In this document: piece by piece, positions 15,672-25,860 of the stretch | Layout: every line of letters begins with the position of its first letter | Position numbering within the stretch: position 1 is the stretch's first letter | Assembly: GCA_036163755.1 (NCBI GenBank) | Contig: JAYZKF010000057.1 | Span: 1-44,075, forward strand | Length of the DNA stretch: 44,075 nt | Reading direction: 5' to 3' | DNA from: Fidelibacterota bacterium | Lineage (GTDB): Bacteria; Fidelibacterota; Marinisomatia; Marinisomatales; TCS55 | Made by a program: the position numbers and the translations under genes | The notes under the pieces: model-generated | Seen by the model: only the letters and a program-made list of their open reading frames with translations | Databases searched by the model: none | Told to the model about the DNA's origin: nothing

Positions 15672-16802
15672 TTAGATCATAAGATCAATAGCAATTGAAT
15701 CAGAAAAAGCGAATCCCTCTTTAGTCAATTTTAATTTATTTTCTTCTAATCTAAAATGATTTCCCCATTTTTCATGATTTAACTTTATTGATTCATTTAC
15801 TGATTGTCTATATGAAGATGGTATTTTTTGTAAGTCTATTCCATTTACAATTCTTAATCCAAATCCAATTAATTCATTGGTGTAATTTTTTTCTGTTACT
15901 TTTTCACTAAAATCTCTTGAATCATCACCTTTTTCTATTGATTTAATATATCGATTCAAATTTCTCATATTCGAATATCTTTTTTCTCCATCAAAGCTAT
16001 GTGCAGATGGCCCAAAAGACAAATAAGGATCGATTTTCCAATAATGCAAATTATGCTGACATTCTTTCCCAGGTTTACTCCAATTGGAAATTTCATATTG
16101 ATTGAAGTTCTCTTTAGCTAATATCAACTGAGCCAATTTATAATAATCAATATTCGTATCCTGGTTTGGCATTTTAACCTTTCCATTTTTTACATATTGG
16201 AAAAGTTGGGTGTTTTCCTCTACAGTTAATGAATAACATGATATATGCTCGGGGTCCAAATCAATTATTTTTTGTAAGTCACGTTTCCAAGTATCTATTG
16301 ACTGGTTTGGGATATTAAAAATCAAATCACAGTTAATATTTTTAAACCCTGCTTTTCGAGCATTATCAAATGTGTGGAATACATCAGAAGGATTATGAAT
16401 TCTAGTAAGAAACTCAAGTAACTTTGGTTCTAATGATTGAACTCCTATCGATAATCGGTTTATCCCTAAATCATTATATTCTTTTAAATATTCAAATTTT
16501 GCCTCTCCGGGATTTGCCTCTATTGTAAATTCTTTAACATCAGATAAATTAAACTTCATTGATAATTCTTCAATGAGTTTAGAGATGAGATTAGGCTCAA
16601 TTAAACTAGGGGTTCCTCCACCAATAAAAATTGTATCTATTTGCCATTCGCTTGTATCTGTATTGCATGATTTAATTTCATTAAATAATGCCCTAAAAAA
16701 CTTTGGGATATTTTTTTCTTGATCTACAACAGAATAAAAATCACAATATATACATTTAATATTGCAGAAAGGGATATGTATGTATATACCAGCTGAAGGC
16801 AT
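15672..16802 (-). CDS. hemW: Radical SAM haem chaperone HemW (HemN-like, oxygen-independent coproporphyrinogen oxidase family)
   Basis: IYIHIPFCNIKCIYCDF (CxxxCxxC), GGGTPS, and a HemN C-terminal domain. Length 376 aa. Confidence 0.85.
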   Translation of the reverse strand: MPSAGIYIHIPFCNIKCIYCDFYSVVDQEKNIPKFFRALFNEIKSCNTDTSEWQIDTIFIGGGTPSLIEPNLISKLIEELSMKFNLSDVKEFTIEANPGEAKFEYLKEYNDLGINRLSIGVQSLEPKLLEFLTRIHNPSDVFHTFDNARKAGFKNINCDLIFNIPNQSIDTWKRDLQKIIDLDPEHISCYSLTVEENTQLFQYVKNGKVKMPNQDTNIDYYKLAQLILAKENFNQYEISNWSKPGKECQHNLHYWKIDPYLSFGPSAHSFDGEKRYSNMRNLNRYIKSIEKGDDSRDFSEKVTEKNYTNELIGFGLRIVNGIDLQKIPSSYRQSVNESIKLNHEKWGNHFRLEENKLKLTKEGFAFSDSIAIDLMI

Positions 16803-16817
16803 AGGCCTATTTATTCG

Positions 16818-17231
16818 TTAGTCAGCTAAGCTATTAATGTCATCTCTTATGAGAATCAGTATAGCAGATTGGGGAACAATTAAATAATCTTCATTTTCAA
16901 TTTTTACTTCAATAGAAGCTTTATTTAAAAATAATGCCATGTCTCCCACATCAGCTTGAGTTGGAATATATTTAACTGTAGAATTATTATTAGTTGACCA
17001 AGGTTCTTCAATATCCTCATCAGGATTACCTAATGGAATTCCAGGACCGACCTCAACAACAATTCCGCTGAGAATCTCTTGTTTTTCAACAACGCTTGGT
17101 GGAAGATAAAGTCCTGCCTTAGATTTTTTTTCTCCCCGATCAGGTCGAATTAATATCCGATCTCCAACAACAAGAATTTGTTTATTTTTGCTTCTCATGT
17201 AAGAAATTAAGGATGTTTGTTTGGTTCGCAC
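16818..17231 (-). CDS. Divergent GroES/Cpn10-family protein
   Basis: GDRILIRP...KSKAGLYLP...SGIVVEVGPG...VGDMALF...EDYLIVPQSAIL follows the GroES fold pattern, but with an insertion of about 25 aa (NPDEDIEEPWSTNNNSTVKYIPTQ). The track start is GTG at 17231, and ATG at 17198 (MRSKNKQ) is an alternative. No groEL follows. Confidence 0.55.
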   Translation of the reverse strand: MRTKQTSLISYMRSKNKQILVVGDRILIRPDRGEKKSKAGLYLPPSVVEKQEILSGIVVEVGPGIPLGNPDEDIEEPWSTNNNSTVKYIPTQADVGDMALFLNKASIEVKIENEDYLIVPQSAILILIRDDINSLAD

Positions 17232-17282
17232 AAGTTGGATGAAATTATTGGAAAATCTAATTTATACAGCGAAATTAAGTGA

Positions 17283-17714
17283 ATGGAAGTAAATGTAAAG
17301 ATTGTTGAAAATGATAAAGAAAAAGAATTAGTTCTTTCAATTCGACGGATTGTTTTTATTCAAGAATTAAATATTCCAGAAAATATGGAAATAAATGAGA
17401 ATGAAGATTCAGCGACGTATGTATTAGCAAATATTGAGAGTGAATATGTTGGGACTGCTAGATGGAGATATACTGATTTAGGTATAAAATTGGAACGTTT
17501 TGCTGTATTAAGTGAGTATAGATCATATGGGGTTGGTACTACGATGACAAAGTTTATTCTAAATCAATTAGATCATTCTAAATTAATCTATTTAAATGCA
17601 CAAGAATCAGCTATATCTTTTTACGAAAAACTTGGGTTTGATTCAATGGGCCCAAGGTTCGATGAAGTGGGAATTCCGCACCAAAAGATGATTTTCCCAA
17701 AAGTTAGTAAATAA
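17283..17714 (+). CDS. GNAT-family N-acetyltransferase
   Basis: 143 aa with an acetyl-CoA-binding region (LERFAVLSEYRSYGVGTTM) and C-terminal FYEKLGF. Confidence 0.75.
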   Translation: MEVNVKIVENDKEKELVLSIRRIVFIQELNIPENMEINENEDSATYVLANIESEYVGTARWRYTDLGIKLERFAVLSEYRSYGVGTTMTKFILNQLDHSKLIYLNAQESAISFYEKLGFDSMGPRFDEVGIPHQKMIFPKVSK

Positions 17715-17795
17715 AAGCAGTCGTTTTACTATCATTAATTTCCACTTATATTCTATATTAGAAGACTCATTTAAATGTTAATATAATTATATCTA

Positions 17796-19628
17796 ATGAC
17801 TGGTTCTATTTATAGACGGATGGGCCAACTCCTATTTAACTTTTGGCCCTATATACTTGTTTCTACAATTTCGGCATTCATCTTTGTTTTATTGAATAGT
17901 GCTTCAATTTGGTTAACAGCATCATTTATCAATAATGTTCTTACAGATTTTGACAAAATTGTTCAATCTCAATTAGAGTGGGCATCTAAAAGTAACCTAA
18001 CAGCAAATGAAAAACTAAAATATTGGACAAACCTATTAATATTAAGAGAAACACCTACAGAATCATTAAAGATTCTCTGCATTGCGATATTGACAGTTTT
18101 CTTTATAAAAAATATCTTTCTGTATATAAAAAATCTACTTCTTCGTATAGTTGAACTAAAATTGGTACGAGATATTAGGGACCAACTTTATAAACATATT
18201 CAAACACTTTCATTAGGCTATTTTCATAAAAGGCATACGGGTTCAATTACTTCTATAGTTATGAATGACGTTGAGCAGCTTCAAATAGCATTAGGCGTAG
18301 TGTTCCAACGTTTGTTTGTTGAGCCCATAAATATATTAACGTTCGTTCTTTTATTATTTATCATTAGTTGGAAGCTTGCAATTATTGCAATAATCATTAT
18401 TCCCCTTGCAGGAATTACTATAATTGGAATTGGAAGAAGTATTAGAAGAAAATCAAGAAGGACTCAGCAAAAAATCGCGGAAATTATGCAGATCCTAACA
18501 GAAACATTATCATCGATCCGAATTGTCAAGGCCTTTGTTAATGAAAAAGAAGAAATTAAAAAGTTTACTAAAGAAAGTAGCCAGTACTTTAAACTATTGC
18601 TAAAACGCGCAAGATTGGATTTGATCTCAGGACCAGTTACTGAAAGCTTTGGTGTAATAATTGGTGTTGTTCTTCTTTGGTATGGGGGAACAGAGGTTCT
18701 AATGGATAGAGGTCTAGTTCCTGAAGATTTTATTCGATTTATATTAATTTTATTTTCGATTCTTGGACCTATCAAACAGTTAAGTAATGTGAATTTAAAA
18801 ATACAGGCAGGCGCAGCTTCTGCTGAGCGTATTTTTGGATTATTAGATACTCCATCTGAAGTTGTTGAAGATCCAAATCCTATTGATTTGGGAATTTTTA
18901 ATAAATCAATCAGTTTTGAAAAAGTACACTTTGAGTATAATAAAGGTAATGAACAGGTATTAGATCAAGTAAGTTTTACAATTAACAAGGGTGAGGTTGT
19001 TGCAATGGTAGGGCCAAGTGGTGCAGGAAAGTCAACAATAGCGGATTTGATTCCACGATTTTTTGATGTTTCTAATGGTGCAATTAAAATTGATGAGAAT
19101 GATATTAGAAAATTGTCATTATCATCTCTGCGTTCGAATATGGGTATAGTCACACAAGAAGTAATACTATTTAATGATACAATAAAAAATAATATTGCGT
19201 ATGCTCAAAAAAATGTAAGCGATGAAGCAATACATGAAGCAGCTGAGGCTGCAAATGCATTGGAGTTTATTGAAAAAACCCCAGATGGTTTTGATACATT
19301 AATTGGTGAAAGGGGCGCAAAACTTTCAGGTGGGCAGAAACAACGATTAGCAATTTCAAGAGCACTTTTAAAAAATCCTCCCATATTAATTTTAGACGAA
19401 GCGACTTCAGCACTAGACACCGAATCTGAAAAAAAAGTTCAAAAGGCCATTGAAGCACTCATGAAAGATCGTACCACACTAGTAATCGCACATAGATTAT
19501 CAACTGTTCAAAATGCAGATAAAATAATTGTAATAGAAAAGGGTAAAGTAGTTGAAACAGGAAGCCATGGAAATCTTTATGATCAAGGTGGCTTATATAG
19601 AAAATTGTATGATATTCAGTTTAATTAA
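17796..19628 (+). CDS. msbA: ABC transporter permease/ATPase, MsbA-like lipid A/lipid exporter
   Basis: Six-TM exporter domain followed by Walker A GPSGAGKST, signature LSGGQKQR, Walker B ILILDEATS and H-loop IAHRL. Length 610 aa. It is directly followed by LPS-core-type glycosyltransferases. Confidence 0.8.
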   Translation: MTGSIYRRMGQLLFNFWPYILVSTISAFIFVLLNSASIWLTASFINNVLTDFDKIVQSQLEWASKSNLTANEKLKYWTNLLILRETPTESLKILCIAILTVFFIKNIFLYIKNLLLRIVELKLVRDIRDQLYKHIQTLSLGYFHKRHTGSITSIVMNDVEQLQIALGVVFQRLFVEPINILTFVLLLFIISWKLAIIAIIIIPLAGITIIGIGRSIRRKSRRTQQKIAEIMQILTETLSSIRIVKAFVNEKEEIKKFTKESSQYFKLLLKRARLDLISGPVTESFGVIIGVVLLWYGGTEVLMDRGLVPEDFIRFILILFSILGPIKQLSNVNLKIQAGAASAERIFGLLDTPSEVVEDPNPIDLGIFNKSISFEKVHFEYNKGNEQVLDQVSFTINKGEVVAMVGPSGAGKSTIADLIPRFFDVSNGAIKIDENDIRKLSLSSLRSNMGIVTQEVILFNDTIKNNIAYAQKNVSDEAIHEAAEAANALEFIEKTPDGFDTLIGERGAKLSGGQKQRLAISRALLKNPPILILDEATSALDTESEKKVQKAIEALMKDRTTLVIAHRLSTVQNADKIIVIEKGKVVETGSHGNLYDQGGLYRKLYDIQFN

Positions 19629-20738
19629 ATGAAAAAAAAATTAAATATATTTTTTAGCAATTCAATATCAGCGCATAAGTGGGGTGGTGGTGAAAAATGG
19701 ATGGTTACTGCTGGGAAGGGATTAAATGAAAGAGGACACAACGTAATTCTTTCTGGAAAGTCAAATTCAGTATTTTTAACTAAAGCAGAAGAAGCAGGTT
19801 TAGATATCATTCCATTAAATATTTATGCTGATTATAACCCATTTAAAATTATTCATACAAAGTGGCTATTGAAGCGGAAAAAAATCGATGTAATTGTACT
19901 TAATTTAAATAAAGATATTAGAGTTGCAGGTATCGCAGCGAGGTGGGCTAAAATTCCAGTGATTATTGCTAGAAATGGAATTCAATTATTTTCTGATAAG
20001 TGGAAACATAAAATGACTATGAAATTGGTAGATGGAATAATCACAAATTCAAAATCAATTAAAGAAGCCTATAATAGATTCCAATGGATGGATAAAAATA
20101 AAACAACGGTAATTTATAATGGATTGAAATCGAATAATCAAGTTGACCCAATTGAGTTAAAAGCAATTTGGAATATTCCAAAGGATCATTTGGTTTTTGT
20201 AGCTGCTGGTCGTTTAACAACACAAAAAGGCTTTGATTTATTAATAGAAGCTGTTAGTTCAATAAGTAGTTCAAAAAGACCATTTAGTATATTAATTGCT
20301 GGAATGGGTAAAGAACGAAAATTGTTACAAGATCAAATAGATAACTATAATCTTCAGAATATTAAATTGATAGGTTTCCAGAATAATTTAGCTTCTATTA
20401 TAAAAGCAGCAGATTATGTTATTATGCCTTCACGAAAAGAAGGAATGCCAAATGTTGTTATGGAAAGTATGGCTTTAGGAAAGCCAGTCCTTGCTGCAAA
20501 TGTCAATGGAGTCCCTGAACTCTTAGATCATAATAAGACAGGATATATCTTTGATCCTATGAGACCAGAACCGGTTAAAGAGGCAATAAAGTTTGTTTTA
20601 GAAAACCATGGTAGTGAAAAGATTGCAAATTGGGGTTCTTTAGCAAAAGAACATGTCAATAATAATTTTAGTTTAGAAAAAATGTTAAACGAATTAGAGT
20701 CATATTTTTATAATCAATATGCCCAAGCGTATCGTTAG
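19629..20738 (+). CDS. Glycosyltransferase family 4
   Basis: GGGEKW at the N-terminus and a C-terminal GT-B region (MPSRKEGMPNVVMESMALGKPVLAANVNGVPELL) carrying the EX7E-type motif. Confidence 0.8.
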   Translation: MKKKLNIFFSNSISAHKWGGGEKWMVTAGKGLNERGHNVILSGKSNSVFLTKAEEAGLDIIPLNIYADYNPFKIIHTKWLLKRKKIDVIVLNLNKDIRVAGIAARWAKIPVIIARNGIQLFSDKWKHKMTMKLVDGIITNSKSIKEAYNRFQWMDKNKTTVIYNGLKSNNQVDPIELKAIWNIPKDHLVFVAAGRLTTQKGFDLLIEAVSSISSSKRPFSILIAGMGKERKLLQDQIDNYNLQNIKLIGFQNNLASIIKAADYVIMPSRKEGMPNVVMESMALGKPVLAANVNGVPELLDHNKTGYIFDPMRPEPVKEAIKFVLENHGSEKIANWGSLAKEHVNNNFSLEKMLNELESYFYNQYAQAYR

Positions 20739-21759
20739 TCAGGCTCGTTCATTCAAAGAAAATCCAAACCATTATCCTAGGAAATTAAAGGTTAGGATTT
20801 ATAATGCATTTACCAAAAAAGAGCCAAATTATTCTCTTCCAGAGAAACTAAACAAAGTACTTATTCAATCGCAGGAAAAAATTGGGGATGGATTATTACT
20901 CTACCCACTTATTTACGGATTAAAATCTATATTTAAGGATTGTGAAATACATGTGCTATGCTCAAGAAAAAATGTTGATCTCTTTCGCAATTTGGAGTTA
21001 GTTAGCAAAACATTAGTTTACAGATCTGGGAAAAATTTTTGGAAATCTTTAGGATTAAATGAATATGACCTTTTTTACAACCCTAAGGATCATCCATCAA
21101 TAACGGCTTTTAAAATAGCAAAGAAAGTAAATGCAAAAGTAAAAGTCTGTATTGCTGATAATCAACAAAATCAACACTATAATTATCAATTAAATGATGA
21201 TCATGTTAAACTTATAATAGAAAAAAACTGTTTATTGTTAAGGGAATATGATCCAACAATAAATTTGATTTCATGGATACCTCAAATTGAAACCGACAAA
21301 AAAATAAGCAAACAAATATGTATTAATATTTCAGCTGATAGTAACTATAGAATATGGCCTATTGAAAAATGGGTTAATTTGATAGATTTGATATCGCGTA
21401 ATGACCCGTCAACAAAAATTAATGTTTTTTCTATGAATAAAGATCAATCTAAATCTAAAGTGTTGGAAAAGAAATTTGGCAATATCATCAAAAAATACAC
21501 TCAATTTGAATCTATTCTAGATTCAACATCTATTATCCAAAAATCAAAAATCTTTATTTCTTCAGATACAGCAATGATACATTTATCGGATGCTGCTAAT
21601 ACACCAATATTAGGTCTTTTTTCTGGCGATAATAAAAATCTTGATCGGTATAAACCATTTTGGACAACACATAAAATTATTCAATCAGATTCACTATCTA
21701 TAGAAAATATAGATCCTGAGGCAGTTTTTTTAGAGTATAAAAAATTAGTTGTTAATTAA
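20719..21759 (+). CDS. Glycosyltransferase family 9 (heptosyltransferase-like)
   Basis: The N-terminal EKIGDGLLLYPLIYGLK and the C-terminal IIQKSKIFISSDTAMIHLSDAANTPILGLFSG match the GT9 pattern. Confidence 0.65.
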   Translation: MPKRIVSQARSFKENPNHYPRKLKVRIYNAFTKKEPNYSLPEKLNKVLIQSQEKIGDGLLLYPLIYGLKSIFKDCEIHVLCSRKNVDLFRNLELVSKTLVYRSGKNFWKSLGLNEYDLFYNPKDHPSITAFKIAKKVNAKVKVCIADNQQNQHYNYQLNDDHVKLIIEKNCLLLREYDPTINLISWIPQIETDKKISKQICINISADSNYRIWPIEKWVNLIDLISRNDPSTKINVFSMNKDQSKSKVLEKKFGNIIKKYTQFESILDSTSIIQKSKIFISSDTAMIHLSDAANTPILGLFSGDNKNLDRYKPFWTTHKIIQSDSLSIENIDPEAVFLEYKKLVVN

Positions 21760-21760
21760 A

Positions 21761-22849
21761 ATGATAAAAGTTCTTTTTGAAAACCATCATCTTTATTACC
21801 TACCTAACTTTATCCCTGTGATAAAAGAAATGCAAAAAAGAAAAAAATTTAAGATTTTTGCATCTATGCCTTTCATCATGCATAAAGAGGAAAAATCCAC
21901 ATTTATAAGTGCATGTAAAAAAATAAACATTGATACTATAGTCGCGGAATCTGAAGAGTTGAGAATATCAAAGATCAAAGAAAAATCTTTTGATGTAATA
22001 GTAGTGGGAAATGTAGGACAACTAATGAAAGTGATTAATGATAATGAACTTACGGTAATGATATATCATGGTATTGGATTGAAACAATCCTACTATAATG
22101 ATATTGATATGAGAATTGACCTTAGATCTGTTGAATCTGAACCTAGGATGAGAGAGTTGAGCTCTCATGGACATAATAATCTGGTTCTTAGTGGTTTTAC
22201 AAAGTGTGATCCATTAGTAACAAATGATTGTAATCAAATAACTGCTAAAATGGATATAGATAATAGTTTAAAAACTATTCTTTACGCTCCAAGCTTTTAC
22301 CCATCATCTATTGACAAATTAATCCCTATTTTACCAAAATTAAGTTGTGAAAATAATTTGGTAATCAAATTACATAATTTTAGTTGGTATCAAGACCAAT
22401 ACAGATACCAAAGTAAAGCAATGATGCAACTAGCAGAAAATAATAAGAATATTTTTTTAGCTCCACAAGATGACTATAATATCATTCCATATTATAGTAT
22501 CGCAGATCTTTTAATCTCAGACATTTCATCAACTATGTTTGAATATTTATACTTGAACCGACCTATAATAATGGCTGAATGTTATGAATTGAGATTAAAG
22601 CATAAAATATTTAAAAAAAGATTTATAAAAAAAATGGATTTGAAAAGGATGGAAGAAGTTGATTTTGCTATGAGATTTAATAATCCCGAAGATTTAGTCT
22701 CATTAGTTTATCATGAGTTAGAACATCCAGATGACTTAGAATCTGAAAGACTAAGTGCTCAAAAAGAATATTTGTTTAAAGTTGATGGGAAGGCATCTTT
22801 TCGCATGGTTAATGCTATTGAATCAAATTTGTCAGGAGCTAAAAATTGA
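21761..22849 (+). CDS. CDP-glycerol glycerophosphotransferase family (TagB/TagF-like) protein
   Basis: ILYAPSFYPSS, VIKLHNFSW and DLLISDISSTMFEYLYLNRPIIM resemble the Glyphos_transf core. I prefer ATG 21761 over the track's TTG 21749. Confidence 0.6.
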   Translation: MIKVLFENHHLYYLPNFIPVIKEMQKRKKFKIFASMPFIMHKEEKSTFISACKKINIDTIVAESEELRISKIKEKSFDVIVVGNVGQLMKVINDNELTVMIYHGIGLKQSYYNDIDMRIDLRSVESEPRMRELSSHGHNNLVLSGFTKCDPLVTNDCNQITAKMDIDNSLKTILYAPSFYPSSIDKLIPILPKLSCENNLVIKLHNFSWYQDQYRYQSKAMMQLAENNKNIFLAPQDDYNIIPYYSIADLLISDISSTMFEYLYLNRPIIMAECYELRLKHKIFKKRFIKKMDLKRMEEVDFAMRFNNPEDLVSLVYHELEHPDDLESERLSAQKEYLFKVDGKASFRMVNAIESNLSGAKN

Positions 22850-23835
22850 GGATTGGTATTTTTTGCCCAAATTGGGTTGGGGACTCAGTTATGGCTATAC
22901 CATTTATCAATTCATTACGCCATTTATATCCTAAAGCAATAATCTTAGCTATATGTAAATCACATGTTGGACCTGTATTTCAAAATCACCCCTCACTTGA
23001 TGGAATTATTCAATTTGAAAAGAAAGATCTATCAGGTATAAAAACAACTTCGGATTCTGGAAGAAATTTGAAAGCTAATGATTTTGATTTGTTTTATCTA
23101 CTTTCTGATTCTTATCGAGCTGCATACTTAGCTTATAAATCTGGCTCACCAATACGTATTGGTTATCGAGGACAAGGAAGGACAGGAATGCTGACTAAAG
23201 CTGTAAAACGTCCTAAAAGTAAAATACATCGTTATCTTCAATACATTAATCTTATTGATAAAGAATTGGGGGATTATGATTGTTTTGATCCAGGTATTGT
23301 ACTCAGCGATGATGAGAAAGATTGGGCAAAAAAAGAATTAACTAAATTAGATTTAATCGATCCCATATCTTTTTTCCCATTTAGCGTAGCAAGTTCAAGA
23401 AGTATTCCTATATCTAAGGCAATTACTATCCTAAATGATATCCATAAAGAGAATGTATTAATTTTTGGAGGTATTAATGATTCACCTTCAGCAAAAGTAA
23501 TCATTAAAACTTTAAATAAAAAAAATATAGTATCGGTTGCAGGTGACTATAGTTTAAGACAAAGTATAGCTATAATATCACAATGTAAAAGTTCAATAGC
23601 TACTGATAGCGGATTGGGGCATATATCTTCCAATCTAGGCATTCCAACTGTAAGTTTATTTGGGGCAGGCGATTCTGAGCTAACAAAGCCAATCGGCGGA
23701 AATACATTTGTGCTTAATCAAAATGTTTATTGCAGCCCATGTTTAAAGAATAAATGCAATAATAAGAAAAACCCTTTATTGTGTTTGGAAAAAATTCAAC
23801 CTGGTGCAATTTTAAAATCATTAGATAGTATTTAA
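22846..23835 (+). CDS. Glycosyltransferase family 9 (WaaF/RfaF-like heptosyltransferase)
   Basis: MRIGIFCPNWVGDSVMAIPFINSLRHLYP and IISQCKSSIATDSGLGHISSNLGIPTVSLFGAGD. Confidence 0.75.
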   Translation: MRIGIFCPNWVGDSVMAIPFINSLRHLYPKAIILAICKSHVGPVFQNHPSLDGIIQFEKKDLSGIKTTSDSGRNLKANDFDLFYLLSDSYRAAYLAYKSGSPIRIGYRGQGRTGMLTKAVKRPKSKIHRYLQYINLIDKELGDYDCFDPGIVLSDDEKDWAKKELTKLDLIDPISFFPFSVASSRSIPISKAITILNDIHKENVLIFGGINDSPSAKVIIKTLNKKNIVSVAGDYSLRQSIAIISQCKSSIATDSGLGHISSNLGIPTVSLFGAGDSELTKPIGGNTFVLNQNVYCSPCLKNKCNNKKNPLLCLEKIQPGAILKSLDSI

Positions 23836-25763
23836 TTTGATTTTGAAAAATGATTAAGATTGTTCTTTGCTTTAGTAAGTAATGGTTTTTTTATTTCAAT
23901 AAAATCCATACCATGAGTTTCTAAGTTATTTATTGGCTCATCATTTATTGAAAACAGTTTTCCAGATTCTATTTTATTTCCAGATAATCTAAACTCCATT
24001 TTCCAATTTTTATCAGCTATAAGAAACTTTTTTGGACGGCTATCAATTTGGCATTCTTGAATGATCGCATAATCATCTAATGCATCGTATTTAAGTAGTG
24101 ATTTTCCAGAAAGAAATCTTTCAAATGGTATAGAGATATTTAGATAATCTATAATAGTTGGCATAATATCTGCATGGCTAGTAATATTAAATTGTGTTTC
24201 CATATTATTAGGGATATGCATTATAAATGGTGTAGAAGCTTGAACATTTTTGAATGAATATGAGTGTGCGAATCTACCAAATTCATTAAACTCCTCACCA
24301 TGGTCCCCCACCACAACAATAATAGTATTTTCCATTTTTCCACTTTCTTCAATACTATCAATTATCTTCCCAATCTGTGAATCAACATAGTGAGCACTAT
24401 TTTTATATCTATTGAATACAAGATCGGACTCTTTTTGTAATCCTTTTTCATAGATTTGATAATGTCTTTTTATATATGGTTCAAATTTTCCAAATGATTC
24501 AGGAAAATAGTAATTATAATGAGTTGAATAGAACCACAAGTAGCTAAGTGATGGTTCATTATTATTATTAACAAAATTATTTAAAAATGTGTCTACCATT
24601 CTTTCATCCCATTTATATAAATCACTTCTTTTTACCATTGGATGGCCAAGGCCACCACCATAATTTGTAAATTTATATATATTGTCTATTGCCTCAGTAA
24701 AAATATGTTTATCCATATCAGAATATTCTAATGCAGTTGTTGTATAAATATTTATATCATATCCAAGAGCGTCAAAAACTGATAATACCGTTGGCTGAAG
24801 TTCATTTTTGTACGATGGATACCAATAAAATGGAGTTTGCCCAGATAATATTCCAAAGGTACCATTACCTGTACAATTACTATTACTGAAATGTTGTAAA
24901 CTTGAAATCCATTCTTTTTTTAATCGATTTAAGTTTGGCATAATTTTTTGGTCATCCATATCAAATCGCAAACTTTCAAAAACAAGAAAAACAATATTAA
25001 TGTTATTTTTTTGTGCAGTTATTTCATTCAAATTATTATCAAATAATTGTTGTTGAGATAAATAATCTGATTCAAAATCCCATGTTATATTGGCTTCAGC
25101 TATTTCAATATCTGATGGCGGATTAAGAATTGGAGTCCATACTTTGCTCATTCTAAGTGGTGTATAAGATGGCACGGAATTCCAATAGTGATTCAGTGTC
25201 TCCCTTTCTGTATAGTGTAGATAAGAAAAACATAATTTTTCAATTATAGAAAATATAATTATTGATTTAAATCCAATTTGTATATGTGATTGGATAAAGT
25301 GTGGGACCAGACTTTTTTTATTTTTATAAAACCAAATTGATAAAATAAGTGAGAAAACTGACCATACTATGATTAATAGAATTTGTATAGTTATTGTAAT
25401 TATATCAGAAGACTGGACACCCATATCTTGCATGACACCAGTTTCAAATAAAATCTTGAATAATTGAATATTAAAGTGATCTCGATAAATAGATAATACC
25501 TTTGCATCAATAGCAGTAAAAACATAAGTAAAGGCAAAAAAGAAAACAGCTAAGTATCGAAATCCAAATTCACTAGACTTAAATAATCTGCCAAGCCCTT
25601 TTGTAATGCCTTTTATAATCATCACCAAAAAAAATGGAGTATTTATAGTCATTAAAAGGTGAAAGAATCCAACTTCTCCTCTACCAAGGAAGGTTGCATT
25701 TATAAATATATAAACTAATAATACAAAATAATTACAAACGTAAAATATGGTTAATTGATTCAT
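23832..25763 (-). CDS. Membrane-anchored sulfatase-like (LTA-synthase / phosphoglycerol- or phosphoethanolamine-transferase family) enzyme
   Basis: About 5-6 N-terminal TM helices, then an alkaline-phosphatase-superfamily domain with VFLVFESLRFD, NCTGNGTFGILSG and VVVGDHGEEF. Length 643 aa. Confidence 0.7.
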   Translation of the reverse strand: MNQLTIFYVCNYFVLLVYIFINATFLGRGEVGFFHLLMTINTPFFLVMIIKGITKGLGRLFKSSEFGFRYLAVFFFAFTYVFTAIDAKVLSIYRDHFNIQLFKILFETGVMQDMGVQSSDIITITIQILLIIVWSVFSLILSIWFYKNKKSLVPHFIQSHIQIGFKSIIIFSIIEKLCFSYLHYTERETLNHYWNSVPSYTPLRMSKVWTPILNPPSDIEIAEANITWDFESDYLSQQQLFDNNLNEITAQKNNINIVFLVFESLRFDMDDQKIMPNLNRLKKEWISSLQHFSNSNCTGNGTFGILSGQTPFYWYPSYKNELQPTVLSVFDALGYDINIYTTTALEYSDMDKHIFTEAIDNIYKFTNYGGGLGHPMVKRSDLYKWDERMVDTFLNNFVNNNNEPSLSYLWFYSTHYNYYFPESFGKFEPYIKRHYQIYEKGLQKESDLVFNRYKNSAHYVDSQIGKIIDSIEESGKMENTIIVVVGDHGEEFNEFGRFAHSYSFKNVQASTPFIMHIPNNMETQFNITSHADIMPTIIDYLNISIPFERFLSGKSLLKYDALDDYAIIQECQIDSRPKKFLIADKNWKMEFRLSGNKIESGKLFSINDEPINNLETHGMDFIEIKKPLLTKAKNNLNHFSKSN

Positions 25764-25860
25764 AAATAAATTTAGGTTTTGGGCTACTTTTCTTTGATAA
25801 GAAATTAACCTTATAATTTATTTTTCATCACTATTAGTATAATCGGTAATTTAGGAGCCT

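Noticed and set aside
18464-19810. Five short minus-strand ORFs (18464-18775, 18965-19153, 19205-19420, 19267-19458, 19625-19810).
   Set aside because: All are antisense to msbA or the GT4 gene. They have no motifs and no plausible RBS, so they are shadow ORFs.
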